Positions 1 through 9,776 of a stretch of DNA of 40,329 bases are shown piece by piece. The translations under genes and the position numbers were made by a program. Origin of the DNA: a virus. Taxonomy: Duplodnaviria; Caudoviricetes. The notes beneath the pieces were generated by a model. It searched no databases. It saw only the letters and a list, made by a program, of their open reading frames with translations, and was not told the DNA's origin. The number at the start of each line of letters is the position of its first letter. The first letter of the stretch is position 1. Location of the stretch: positions 1-40,329 of IMG/VR virus record IMGVR_UViG_3300029183_000010. One strand, given 5' to 3'.

Positions 1-17
1 GTTTCCCAGTCACGATC
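1..17 (+). other. Library primer (Round A/B random-amplification tag GTTTCCCAGTCACGATC), artefact
   Basis: Exact primer sequence at the 5' end; its reverse complement closes the contig. Confidence 0.95.
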
Positions 18-23
18 AGTTGA

Positions 24-153
24 GGCATCAGGTTTGCTGACCAGACATCAAAGAAATCTTCACGGCTCATCCCTGCTTCTCTGGCCCTGTTCAAGATCCT
101 TTGACCGTCATGCACTTGAGGATAGTAATTTTCAATGCGTCCTATGACACCGC
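24..153 (+). repeat. Terminal direct repeat, copy 1 (circular assembly overlap)
   Basis: Identical to 40177-40306; offset 40153 gives the unit genome length. Confidence 0.93.
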
Positions 154-724
154 CTGCCTGATCGTACATCTTGTTAAGGCGTGAAAATATATCCTGTATC
201 TGTTTTCCAAAGTCATTGGCTGCGCTGTTACCCGTTGTTTCACCCATGATTGCACGCACAATGTCTGGCATGTCTCTGGTGTTTTGTGTCAGTCCTGCCA
301 TTTTTGAACGATTCGACTCTATAAAGTCGTACAGATCCAGCATGACTCTGCGTGAAAGCCCTTGCTGTAATGACTGCACACGCTCAAGCCTGTTTGCAAT
401 CGTCATGGCTATGGATGGTTTTTTATGGACCTTCTTTGCAACAGTGTTCAAAGAATTATAGTAATTCTCGTACTCTGCTTTTTCCTGAAACAGCTCATTA
501 TAAAGCTTCTTCTGTGTAAGGGCATGTTTGATGACAGCATCGTTTTTCTTCCTGAGCACTTGCTCTTTCACACGCACAATGTCAGAAGCGGCCTTTTCAG
601 CAGCAGAGGCATCACCAAGGCTTTTGGAATACTTTGCAACCAGATCCTCATACTCGTTGATGAGGCTGGTGAGCTGCTGGTTTGTCAGTCCTTTGGCTTT
701 AATACATTCAATAAATGTTGGCAT
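24..724 (-). CDS. N-terminal part of large internal virion/ejection protein; continues across the join into 38334-40306 (about 847 aa total)
   Basis: ATG at 724 (MPTFIECIKAKG...) reads open through ...IGRIENYYPQVHDGQR, in frame with ORF 38334..40268; absent from the ORF track. Confidence 0.85.
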
Positions 725-727
725 CTT

Positions 728-1159
728 TTATCCTATGGCACACGTTCTGACCGCATCAAGAAGGTTTTCATCGGCTTCAATAGTATCAATAATATCCTGA
801 GAGGTCACGGCTCTCTTGTTTCCAAAAAGCTCAATGATGTCATCATCATCAAATTCAAACTTGAAGTTAGAATCTAGCTCATTCAACCTTTTAAGCTCTG
901 TCATATCGGCATCCCGTATTCTCTGCACCTCTGCATCATCAAGCACATCGGGAAGAGCAGCCTTTCTGAGTTTTTCTGCACTTGACAAAGCCGTGACATT
1001 TACATCACTTTCCACATCGGCTGGTGTGGTGCGTGGCCTTACATCGGCAACAAGAGGCCTTGTAAAGCTTTCTACGTCAACTTTTCTTTGTGTTTGTCGT
1101 CCAAGGAATTTTTTGAATGTTTTAGGTTTTTCTAGATTAATCCGTATTTGTGCACTCAA
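728..1159 (-). CDS. Probable C-terminal part of the 1156-2622 protein, separated by a frameshift
   Basis: TTG start with no clear RBS; one extra A in the A5 run at 1164-1168 would fuse the two ORFs. Confidence 0.55.
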   Translation of the reverse strand: MSAQIRINLEKPKTFKKFLGRQTQRKVDVESFTRPLVADVRPRTTPADVESDVNVTALSSAEKLRKAALPDVLDDAEVQRIRDADMTELKRLNELDSNFKFEFDDDDIIELFGNKRAVTSQDIIDTIEADENLLDAVRTCAIG

Positions 1160-2622
1160 TCCGTTTTTGAAGAAACCATCATATTTATATGGGGTTCTTG
1201 TGTATTCGTATTATTTTCAATTTCAATGACTTTAGATCGTGACTGTATATTATTAGAAATACTTTTTAGTGATTCTTCATCAGTTACTCTGATAGTTGAT
1301 CGCAGTATATCTTTGGATGAATCTGGATTATCCAGAGATTGGAGATCGCTTTTTAGTTTTACTTTTGTTTCTAACTTACCTTTTGTATTAATACCTTTTG
1401 TTACTTCTTTTGTAAAAGACACAAGGTCAGCACGCGCTTGCTCTGCCATAGTAATAAGATTACTGACATCTTTTACAGGCTGGTAAACAGTATAGCTTTG
1501 ATCACTGGATAACCTTCCTACAGATATAGAAGGATCTGACCTAAAAGGAACAGAAGAGGCTGTGTCAAACAGGTTTGTTTTTTGCGTGTTTAAATCAAGT
1601 CTTGTAAGTGAAGATGAGCTGAAAAGTGCAGGAATATCGCTGTCTTGACGTTTACGCGCAAGAAGCCTGATGTCCTTGCTGATTTGTTCTTCAAGAAATT
1701 CCTGTTTATATCCTGATGTATTGATCGGCACATCATCAATGCTTTTGCGTGCTTCAAACGCACGTGATACGGCATTCATATTTTCAATATGCACATCAAA
1801 ATTAGGGCCGTTGACGTTCTCGAAAGGACTTTTCTCTTTCAGGTGTGCGTAATCAGCCAGCTGTTTGATCTGGTTTGCCAGTGTTGATGGTATATTTTCA
1901 CTCTTTGAGATAAACTCGAATACTGCTGAGGCTGTTGGTTTAACACCTCTTGCAATCCCTGTGAAGCCAGCACCCAAAAGCGCAGCCATTCCCACATTGG
2001 AAACTGCATCACCAAAGCCGTACTCATTGCCTATCTCACGCTGCCATGAGGCAATACGTGGCTGTGTCAGGATTTCTGCCCCTGCGTTTAATCCCGCCTC
2101 GATCAGCACTGCTTGCAAAACAGATTTTCCAGCACCAGCACCAAAAGGAAGCAAAGCCAGATTAACTGGATCAGCCGCCGCACCGCCGAGTGTTCCCACA
2201 AGAGAGCCGGCTGTTGCACTGAAAGGGTTTGCATTGAGTGTTGCCTGCCTCAGCTCTTCTGATGTGACACGTGCCTGCTCTCTGGCCTGCTCAAGCACCT
2301 CTGCGGTTCTTGGCACACCTTGGAAAAGATCTGGATCTTGATCAAGAAGCTGGTCAGTCATTTCTGCACGCTTAACCTGATCCCTTCTTGCGTCCTCACC
2401 AATCAGATCAAAAAGTGATTTTCCTGTGCGCTCTTCAATCTGCTGTTGCTGCTTATACAAAAACTCGTTTTTAACATTGGATGATGAGTTCGTGTTGAAG
2501 TTATCCAGAGCATTTTGAACAGCAAGGCCAGTCACCTCAACAACCCCTGCGCTGTCTCGTGATACAGGCGTGCTGTCAATGCCTTGAATATTGTTGATGT
2601 TGATCAGGTCAGCAATGCCCAT
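1156..2622 (-). CDS. Internal virion/ejection protein with hydrophobic Gly/Ala segments and a degenerate RelA/SpoT-like C-terminal region
   Basis: Lies in the ejection-protein block; GSLVGTLGGAAADPVNLALLPFG membrane-like segment; TAATG overlap with the upstream gene. Confidence 0.7.
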   Translation of the reverse strand: MGIADLININNIQGIDSTPVSRDSAGVVEVTGLAVQNALDNFNTNSSSNVKNEFLYKQQQQIEERTGKSLFDLIGEDARRDQVKRAEMTDQLLDQDPDLFQGVPRTAEVLEQAREQARVTSEELRQATLNANPFSATAGSLVGTLGGAAADPVNLALLPFGAGAGKSVLQAVLIEAGLNAGAEILTQPRIASWQREIGNEYGFGDAVSNVGMAALLGAGFTGIARGVKPTASAVFEFISKSENIPSTLANQIKQLADYAHLKEKSPFENVNGPNFDVHIENMNAVSRAFEARKSIDDVPINTSGYKQEFLEEQISKDIRLLARKRQDSDIPALFSSSSLTRLDLNTQKTNLFDTASSVPFRSDPSISVGRLSSDQSYTVYQPVKDVSNLITMAEQARADLVSFTKEVTKGINTKGKLETKVKLKSDLQSLDNPDSSKDILRSTIRVTDEESLKSISNNIQSRSKVIEIENNTNTQEPHINMMVSSKTD

Positions 2623-4886
2623 TATCTGACACCTCTCAGCTCATAGGTTGCAGATCTTTTCGCTCTGCTTGCTGATGACTTTCTGATTTTTTCGATCTCT
2701 GCTCTGATGCTTGATACATCATCAGCGGGTGCATTGCTGTCAAGAGCTTGTGTCAGTCGTTTCTGAGCATCTATATATCTATCAATATCGCTTTTGCTCA
2801 CATAGTCTGAGAAGCTCTCAAATAGGCCGCGTACGTTTTCATCATTCACAACCTTTTTCATGTCCAGTTTAAAGGCCAGATCCTTGATATTGTTTTGTGT
2901 CACAACTGTTCCCTCTGGCACTGATCCAAGGACAGGCTGACCGTGACGTGTCAAAAGAATATACTGACCATCTCCTACGCTTTGCAGGCGGGTTCTGCCT
3001 ATAGTCTCCTGTACATCAAGATCTTGACCATCAGGCGTTTTGAACGTGTCGCCATGCGTCCTGAGAAGAGTATCAGCATCAATCGTATTAAGTGCAGATT
3101 CAAACTGACCTTCGCTGATCCACTGACCAGAGGGAAGCTTAAAGGGCAGAATCTGAGAAGGGGACTGATCAAAGAAGCTGGTTTTTACTTTGAGCTTTGG
3201 CCCTAGAATCATTTCTGACGCCTGCCTCATTCTCTCAGGATCAAGCTCATTGCTGGTATCATTCACCATGAAAGCAAGCTCTGTGTAGGCATCATGCACT
3301 GCATCAATGACAGGTTGTATGGCTGCACCATCGGGAATTGCCCCTTCCAGCATGTTCTGCACTTCTGCTGACATTTTCTGCCTTGGGACAAACTTATCTC
3401 TGGTTGATCCGCTGGCAATCACTTGTGCCACATCGGGGGACTCGTGTGCAATCGCCATGACAGCAGCCATGTTCGCCTGCTTTGGTGCAATTTTCTGTGC
3501 AATCTGTCTGGCCTCTGACTGTGTGAAACCGCCCTGAATTGTACGCAGTATTGATGTTTTTCCCTGTGTATCGGCCTGAGAATAGATTGCTGACAGGTTT
3601 TCAATCTCTGACTTTCTGAGCAATGGCAGTTTGATCTGCTCTCTTTCCTCAATCTGCGCGGCTGCAACTCTGCGCTGTGTCATCTCGTATGCAAAGGCTT
3701 GAGGGTTAGAAATATCAGCAGGCTGATAGGGCCTCATAACTTTTTGCTGTTCATAATACGATACAGGGTCATCTTTAAGGATCTTGAGCTTTGCATCAAA
3801 AGAGTCGCGCAAGAGATTGTACTGATCTATGTTTTGCCGTGTCGGACTGCTTTCAACCTTTTCTCTGAGCATTCTCAGCTGTGTTGGCTGATCGGGAAGC
3901 GGTGAATTAACAAAAGCATTTAATGTGTCCACATTTTGTTTGAACACATCCAGAGCCTCAACTTCTTGTGTCAGTCCGTTTTGTTCTGCCATTGTACGAA
4001 TCGCATTAAACTGACCGTCATTAATCTCACCCGTAATTTTTGCAGCGTCCTGCAATACGTTGGCCTGTTTGTTGACCTCATGACGAACCTCGGCCTGTTG
4101 CTGTTTTTTAAGAACGCTCAAGCTCTTTTCAATCTGCACTTGTGTGTTCGGATCTATCTGGTCTTTGTACTGCTTATAATAGCTCTCAGCAGATCCAAGG
4201 CTTTCATTTCCAAAGCGATCAATGATAGCCGTGTGCACCTTTGTCTTTTCGTCCTCTATCATTTGCTCAACAGCTTCTGGCGGCATACCGCGTGCTGTTT
4301 CTCTGACAAGGCTTTCTATTCGCTGCAAAGACGCTTCTCTCTCAACGGGATCAGTATAGTAAAGAATGGATCTATCACGTGCACTCTCAAGAGCTGCATT
4401 GCGTGCCGATTCCTCATATGCCCTGCGCTGGTTTGCCTCATGGCGTGATACGGTCTTACCGATTGCCGTATTCTTGCGCGTACGCATAGATTTTATTCTG
4501 TTTTGAATGCGTGGGTTTTGTGAGTATTGCTTATCAAGATCATCAGCAAAGTTCTTAAAATCTGTGATTGATTGTTTCGTTGATCCGAATGCCTCATTCC
4601 CTACGCGATCAAGAAGAGGATTTTCACCAGTAAAAAGGTACTGTGTCTCAAACTCTTCAATCTTGGTCTCGTATTCCAGCAGCTGTGTTTCATCTTGCCT
4701 GCGTGCCATATCCTCAGCAGTACGTGCCGTGATTTCTGCCTTATCTCCTAAAGCACGCGCAGCGTAAAGCGTGGCCTCTGCCTGAGCTGATCCGAATGCG
4801 GCTGCTGGTGTGCTTATTTGCTGCGTTTGTCCTGATGCGGGTGCAACTCTAACGGATGATTCTGTCTTTGTCGGTCTGATCGGCAT
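2622..4886 (-). CDS. Internal virion protein (T7 gp15 positional equivalent)
   Basis: Large helical protein after the gp14-like gene; start revised to ATG 4886 (MPIRPT). Confidence 0.65.
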   Translation of the reverse strand: MPIRPTKTESSVRVAPASGQTQQISTPAAAFGSAQAEATLYAARALGDKAEITARTAEDMARRQDETQLLEYETKIEEFETQYLFTGENPLLDRVGNEAFGSTKQSITDFKNFADDLDKQYSQNPRIQNRIKSMRTRKNTAIGKTVSRHEANQRRAYEESARNAALESARDRSILYYTDPVEREASLQRIESLVRETARGMPPEAVEQMIEDEKTKVHTAIIDRFGNESLGSAESYYKQYKDQIDPNTQVQIEKSLSVLKKQQQAEVRHEVNKQANVLQDAAKITGEINDGQFNAIRTMAEQNGLTQEVEALDVFKQNVDTLNAFVNSPLPDQPTQLRMLREKVESSPTRQNIDQYNLLRDSFDAKLKILKDDPVSYYEQQKVMRPYQPADISNPQAFAYEMTQRRVAAAQIEEREQIKLPLLRKSEIENLSAIYSQADTQGKTSILRTIQGGFTQSEARQIAQKIAPKQANMAAVMAIAHESPDVAQVIASGSTRDKFVPRQKMSAEVQNMLEGAIPDGAAIQPVIDAVHDAYTELAFMVNDTSNELDPERMRQASEMILGPKLKVKTSFFDQSPSQILPFKLPSGQWISEGQFESALNTIDADTLLRTHGDTFKTPDGQDLDVQETIGRTRLQSVGDGQYILLTRHGQPVLGSVPEGTVVTQNNIKDLAFKLDMKKVVNDENVRGLFESFSDYVSKSDIDRYIDAQKRLTQALDSNAPADDVSSIRAEIEKIRKSSASRAKRSATYELRGVR

Positions 4887-4887
4887 A

Positions 4888-5433
4888 TTACAACCCTTCT
4901 TTATATCTGTACCATGAGTCAGCAACACGGCCTGCACCGCTGATCAGTGTTGTTCCAGCAGTCTGCAAGCCAGCGGCCTGCGTGTTATCCGCTGCAATAT
5001 CACTGTTGATCGCACTTGATCCATAGTTTGATGCTTGTGTCCTGAAACCAGAAGCCTCACGCTCAGCATTATTCAAGATGATCTGGCTTTCATACTCACC
5101 GATTTCTGCCGTATCAGCAAGAAGATCAAGAGCACTTCCTTGGTCAACCAGTATTCCTGATGATCCTGTACGTGCACGCTGCTCACCCTTGAGCTGTGCA
5201 ATCCTGAGCCTGTTTTGTTGCTCTTCAATCTTTCCTCTTTTAATTGCATCATCAGCGTTTCTGTTTGCAATGATCTGGTTGTTCCGCTGAATAGCTGCAT
5301 TATATCTGAGGTTCGCGGCCTCGGCATCAGCCTGCCTTTTTTGACCAATAGCAGAAACCACTGTACTTCCTGCTGTAAAAGCTAAAGAAGCGGCCTGAAA
5401 CGCGGTAAGTCCTGCTGGCAATGCTACACTCAT
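4888..5433 (-). CDS. Internal virion protein B (T7 gp14-like)
   Basis: Ala/Gln-rich, hydrophobic N-terminus, SSGILVDQGSALD motif, synteny. Confidence 0.75.
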   Translation of the reverse strand: MSVALPAGLTAFQAASLAFTAGSTVVSAIGQKRQADAEAANLRYNAAIQRNNQIIANRNADDAIKRGKIEEQQNRLRIAQLKGEQRARTGSSGILVDQGSALDLLADTAEIGEYESQIILNNAEREASGFRTQASNYGSSAINSDIAADNTQAAGLQTAGTTLISGAGRVADSWYRYKEGL

Positions 5434-5894
5434 AATCCTGTCTCCAATTTAAAAGGATGAAACGGTTTTTTAAACGGTCCGTACTCTATAGGTTCTAATA
5501 TATCAAAGCCGCACCATTTCAACCACTTGATTGTAAATTTATTATTGACATTCACGTAATTCTCAAGCGTAGGGAAGTATTCTGACATACGTTTAACCCA
5601 CTGCCTTGAATGCCTTAAATACGTTTGCGGGTATCGGCACACCTGATCAGTGCACAAGATCCACGGCATTCCTTTGCCAGAAAGCAAAGAGTTTGCCGAT
5701 GCACCAAATATGGCAACAGGCTCTCCTTCGATTAGGGCTGTTTTTTTATACGGTGAGCACAGGCATGTTATTCTCAATCCGTCATAAGGTTTCAACCTTG
5801 ACTGTAAATACACTTCTTCAACATCATGCGCTCTCATATTCTCTGCAACATAATGCTGATGCCATTCTTCTGTATTTACGATTTCATGTTTCAT
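5430..5894 (-). CDS. GNAT-fold internal virion protein A (T7 gp13-like)
   Basis: NMRAHDVEE, PW, LENYVNVNN...IKWLKWCGF motifs; follows tail tube B. Confidence 0.8.
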   Translation of the reverse strand: MKHEIVNTEEWHQHYVAENMRAHDVEEVYLQSRLKPYDGLRITCLCSPYKKTALIEGEPVAIFGASANSLLSGKGMPWILCTDQVCRYPQTYLRHSRQWVKRMSEYFPTLENYVNVNNKFTIKWLKWCGFDILEPIEYGPFKKPFHPFKLETGL

Positions 5895-8233
5895 CCGCTT
5901 GATATTTCAATCTGTGGTATAATTCCAAGTATCGTAATGGGGGCAGGGCTGTCATGCCTTATGAACGGTGCTGCCTTGTGCTGCCATTCCGCATCAACCT
6001 CAACCTCAATAATCCCGTTTCTCAGGCGTGTCGGCTCGTCATAATCTTCCCACTCACGCTGTTTGAATTTTTCAAAGCGTACGCTCTCATCAGGATCAAG
6101 GAAAGGATCATTCGGGTCTTTGGCTGCTACCTTGATCTCACGGGCATTATAAACCTCAAGATATAACCTGTTGACTTTCTTCATATATCCCTTTGTTGTG
6201 CCTTCCTCTTTGCGATTAAATTCAATGTCCAGAGGCTGCATATCGGATTCAATAGGAAGGCCAATGCTGAGCGTTGTATAGACTTTATCAAGGGTTATCG
6301 ATCCTCCAACTACATTTTCTTGAGGGAGTTCGTTTCCATCGGCCCATATAGCCACTGTTTTACCCTCAAGAAATCCAAGCCCTGTGATTGTTTGCTGACC
6401 GTTTCCATCAATGGTTATTCCGCAATCAAGGTGGAACGCATAAATCAGATCGTCCTCATCAACATCCCGTGTTTCCATGACTTCTATGTATTGCAATGTC
6501 TGAGAGTTGATCTCTCTCTCTACAACAAAATAAACGCGGTCCTGATCATCTTCTGGTATGCAACAAAGAGATTTGAAGTTGCCTTGCGTATCGTGGCGTG
6601 ACCATCCTCTGACCTCATGCTCTCTTGCGTATGTCATAGAGGTCAAAGATCCGTCTTTATGGACTGACCACACAATGCTGTCTGGCTCTTGTTGATAGCA
6701 CCACTCGGATATGCGCTTGTCCACACTGCGCGTTTTTTTGGTCAGGTGTGAAGAGAGGATCGTAAGATCGTTTCCGTCATATCCATCAAATTCAATCGTA
6801 TATCCAAGATCTCTGACTTTTTTCCCGCGTGCCTGCACGAAAAGAGCCGTGTTGCCAATCACTAAAGGCGGTATGTCTGATGCACCCCTGTCACTTTGCT
6901 TTTCGGCTATGATGCTGCTTGGTGTAATCGTCTGATTATCTGCACCGCGTACACGCCATTCAGATCCTGATGTCAGTATGATCAGATCATTGAGGGAAAC
7001 AAAGCCGCGTATCTCGTTGACCTTCTGCGCTGCCAGTGTTGCCGTGATTGCGTCATCGGCTTTCGCTGGCCTTGATACGTTCATATTGCTGTACAGGCCA
7101 ACCTGTGACATGAAAAGTGTATCTGGCTTATCGTTTGTCCGTCCAAAGACTCTGCGCTGCCTGTGAATGATCGGCACACTCGGCTTGTCATCAGATCCAG
7201 AAAACGGATTTCTGGCCTCTGGCGGTGCATCATCAACAGCAGGCTGAATATTATCGTCTCTGAATGAAGTGCCATCAGCACGCCCTATGAAACCATAGTA
7301 ACCACCGTCATCTTTGTATATATTATAGCTGGCTGCTCCTGATGAGCCTGTCCATGACAGATCAATGTAATCAGTGGATGTCCATGCCAGTTTTCCCGCT
7401 GCCGTTGTTCCTGCTGTTGAGGGCAATGATTCCTCACCTGTTTCCTCATCAATGGCTGTGACCTTATAGGATATTGTCTCAGATCCACCAGAAGAGGCAG
7501 GACCAGAAAGGGAAACGCTTGTCGGTGCTGCAATGGAAGGTGCAAAGGTCGGTGTGCTGAATGACCATGATGTGTGTCCTGTTCTGGTCAGCTCTCTCAC
7601 GTCATAATCTGGATGTGTCAGAGTCATGGTGTTGGCATCCTGAGTGAATTTCAGAAGGGCAAGATCGGCTTCACCGTAAGGGCTTGTAATCTCGTACACA
7701 CGCGCCGCTGTCCCGCCGCTGGCGTAAGCTGTGAATGCGCTTGAGTCTATCGGATTTCCGTCCAGATCATTAAGCTCGAATGTGTTCGCTGCTGAGTTTG
7801 CCACAATGAAGAAATCACCATTCAGCTCTGTCATTCCGCTGATGGTGCTGACAAAAATCCAGTCACCATCAGAAAACGGGTGTGATGTAATTGTCACAAC
7901 AGCAGGGTTTGCCTGTGTGATTCCTGTAATGGCCTGATCAGCCTCAAGAACAGCACCACCGTCCTTGAATACGCGCATGTAATTATCGCCAAATTCAAGC
8001 GCATAGGCTTGCTCTGTGTTGTACTCAAAAGATATAAGTCGCGTGATCCGATCAGCATACTTTGCGCGGTTTATGTAGCGCGTACCACCACGGTTTGATA
8101 TACCGCCGCCTGCATGAATGATGTAATTTCTGATGACCTTTGCTGCATTCCCGTATCGTGAAAGATCCACCCTTTGCCAGAGGCTTGGCTTCCACTCACC
8201 CGCTGTGAATGAGGTCTTTTCAACATTCGGCAT
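5891..8233 (-). CDS. Tail tubular protein B / nozzle (T7 gp12-like) with FCCH-like insert
   Basis: SFTAGE, GGISNRGGT, LEFGDNYMR, QEPDSIVW, GWSRH motifs; ITGITQANPAVVT FCCH-like segment. Confidence 0.9.
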   Translation of the reverse strand: MPNVEKTSFTAGEWKPSLWQRVDLSRYGNAAKVIRNYIIHAGGGISNRGGTRYINRAKYADRITRLISFEYNTEQAYALEFGDNYMRVFKDGGAVLEADQAITGITQANPAVVTITSHPFSDGDWIFVSTISGMTELNGDFFIVANSAANTFELNDLDGNPIDSSAFTAYASGGTAARVYEITSPYGEADLALLKFTQDANTMTLTHPDYDVRELTRTGHTSWSFSTPTFAPSIAAPTSVSLSGPASSGGSETISYKVTAIDEETGEESLPSTAGTTAAGKLAWTSTDYIDLSWTGSSGAASYNIYKDDGGYYGFIGRADGTSFRDDNIQPAVDDAPPEARNPFSGSDDKPSVPIIHRQRRVFGRTNDKPDTLFMSQVGLYSNMNVSRPAKADDAITATLAAQKVNEIRGFVSLNDLIILTSGSEWRVRGADNQTITPSSIIAEKQSDRGASDIPPLVIGNTALFVQARGKKVRDLGYTIEFDGYDGNDLTILSSHLTKKTRSVDKRISEWCYQQEPDSIVWSVHKDGSLTSMTYAREHEVRGWSRHDTQGNFKSLCCIPEDDQDRVYFVVEREINSQTLQYIEVMETRDVDEDDLIYAFHLDCGITIDGNGQQTITGLGFLEGKTVAIWADGNELPQENVVGGSITLDKVYTTLSIGLPIESDMQPLDIEFNRKEEGTTKGYMKKVNRLYLEVYNAREIKVAAKDPNDPFLDPDESVRFEKFKQREWEDYDEPTRLRNGIIEVEVDAEWQHKAAPFIRHDSPAPITILGIIPQIEISSG

Positions 8234-8874
8234 TATGTCCCTCTAATAACTTCTGGATATGGATCTACATCATAATCTCTTGCCCTGTGCCAAGGTGAGG
8301 ACTGTTCCTCATCCTGTGCTTCTGCGTTTGCATCCATTTGTGCACCCATGCCAACCATGTTTTCAAAAAAGTTGAATGCCTGCTGCTTTATCTGGCTGCT
8401 GTCAGTAAACTGGTGAGATGACAGGAAAGCAAGATATGCGGCTATACCCTCAAACAATTCGATTGTAAAATCATTGACCTCTTCCAGATTATACGTGCCA
8501 ACCATAACGGCATTAGAAAGATCTGTCTGGATGACCTTAATCCGTCCATTGTCGGCATCAGAATATGTGGCTGTTGTGAAAGGTATCTCTGTTGATTTTC
8601 TGTTTTTGCGTTCCAGATACCGTGGTTTCAGCATGTCATTAGGCCATTTGTACTGCTTGGCCCATGATGCAGGCGGTGTCCCTACCTCAACCAGTGTGAA
8701 ATATTCTTTGGCACAGGACCAGTCGTGCTGCTTGAGAACATGTTTACGCGCAGAATTGTAAGAAGCATCAAGGACAATCCGCTTTTTCGTGTCCTCTGAT
8801 TCGCTCTCAATATTCGGGTTTACTCCAAGATGTACGAGTGTGCGATTATATAGATCAACTTTCGTTTGTGCCAT
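8233..8874 (-). CDS. Tail tubular protein A / adaptor (T7 gp11-like)
   Basis: N-x-x-L-x-x-LG, HDWSCA, YKWPND motifs; start revised to ATG 8874. Confidence 0.85.
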   Translation of the reverse strand: MAQTKVDLYNRTLVHLGVNPNIESESEDTKKRIVLDASYNSARKHVLKQHDWSCAKEYFTLVEVGTPPASWAKQYKWPNDMLKPRYLERKNRKSTEIPFTTATYSDADNGRIKVIQTDLSNAVMVGTYNLEEVNDFTIELFEGIAAYLAFLSSHQFTDSSQIKQQAFNFFENMVGMGAQMDANAEAQDEEQSSPWHRARDYDVDPYPEVIRGT

Positions 8875-9199
8875 TGCCCTGATCTCCATATAGACGCTGA
8901 GCTTGTGAGGTTTTTTCTTTTTGCGGTGAAACAGAAAGCTGTGTGACCTGTACTTCGATATGACCGTTTGTTTCTGTCCCCTGTCTTTCGTTTTGAGACT
9001 TACTGATCACTCGTGCCATACCCATGATCTGCACTTCATCACCAACATTCAGGCCCATGATTCCAAGCTTCTCGGCTTCAATATCATCAAAGCGCAGCTG
9101 TGTACCCCATGCATAATCCTCATCACCATAGTTTGTGATCTCGGTCTTATATTCTTTTTTATCTTCTGGTGTACGTTTAAGATCAACTAAGTCAGGCAT
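8855..9199 (-). CDS. Capsid staple protein (epsilon15 gp10-like)
   Basis: YAWGTQLRFDD..EKLG motif and position; start revised to ATG 9199. Confidence 0.6.
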   Translation of the reverse strand: MPDLVDLKRTPEDKKEYKTEITNYGDEDYAWGTQLRFDDIEAEKLGIMGLNVGDEVQIMGMARVISKSQNERQGTETNGHIEVQVTQLSVSPQKEKTSQAQRLYGDQGNGTNES

Positions 9200-9228
9200 G
9201 GTCAATTCCTTTATGGTTATGAAGCAAG

Positions 9229-9251
9229 AGGTGAGGCCATAAAGCCCCACC
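9229..9251 (-). terminator. Intergenic hairpin, possible terminator
   Basis: GTGGGGC-TTTATG-GCCTCAC followed by CTCTTGCTT on the minus strand. Confidence 0.4.
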
Positions 9252-9259
9252 AATCGCCT

Positions 9260-9706
9260 TTACTCGGACTGAGATCGAGTAAACTTATCTGCAACAGCAT
9301 TGATGTGCTTGCGCTGCACATCAAAGCCAACAATCTCAGAAATTACTTCAACTTTTGGCAATCCGCTTTGTGTCCATAAATCATCATTGCTGTGGTCAAG
9401 GACTTCCAAAGCATCAAGGATCTCGTTCTTTTGGTCAGCTGTCAGCTCACCAATCGTTTGAGTATTTGTCTTTGTTTGAGCAGGCTCTTTTGCTGGCTTA
9501 CCTGTCTTTGCATCATCTTGAATCTGAGCAGGCTCAACTTTCTTTTTTGGTTCTGGTTTCTCCAAAGGCTCAAGAAAGCGGTGCTTCTCATAGTTGATCT
9601 CTCCATCTTTTGTTCTTGCAAGCTCTTTATCTTCAAGCTCGACTATATCACCCTCTTCATAAAGCGTATTGTGTATAAAACTTTTTCGTAAAACTTTGAA
9701 TTTCAT
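9260..9706 (-). CDS. Head-region protein with Lys/Pro linker and small C-terminal helical domain (possible packaging chaperone)
   Basis: LWTQSGLPKV motif; located between cement and staple genes; start revised to ATG 9706. Confidence 0.55.
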   Translation of the reverse strand: MKFKVLRKSFIHNTLYEEGDIVELEDKELARTKDGEINYEKHRFLEPLEKPEPKKKVEPAQIQDDAKTGKPAKEPAQTKTNTQTIGELTADQKNEILDALEVLDHSNDDLWTQSGLPKVEVISEIVGFDVQRKHINAVADKFTRSQSE

Positions 9707-9737
9707 GGCATATGTCCTTTTGTTTTTATCAAGCAAG

Positions 9738-9768
9738 ATGTCAGGGCCACCATAATGGCAGCCCTAAC
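9738..9768 (-). terminator. Intergenic hairpin after cement gene
   Basis: TGTTAGGGCTGCCAT/ATGGTGGCCCTGACA inverted repeat. Confidence 0.45.
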
Positions 9769-9776
9769 AAAATGGT

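Noticed and set aside
1-17. 17-bp terminal inverted repeat suggesting a transposon or linear replicon
   Set aside because: It is the random-amplification primer. Nearby genomic sequence partly matches its 3' end (GTCACGATC at 40161), which may explain priming there.
24-153. T7-like physical direct terminal repeat
   Set aside because: The repeat lies mid-gene and is bounded by primers, so it is an assembly overlap. The real genome termini cannot be determined.
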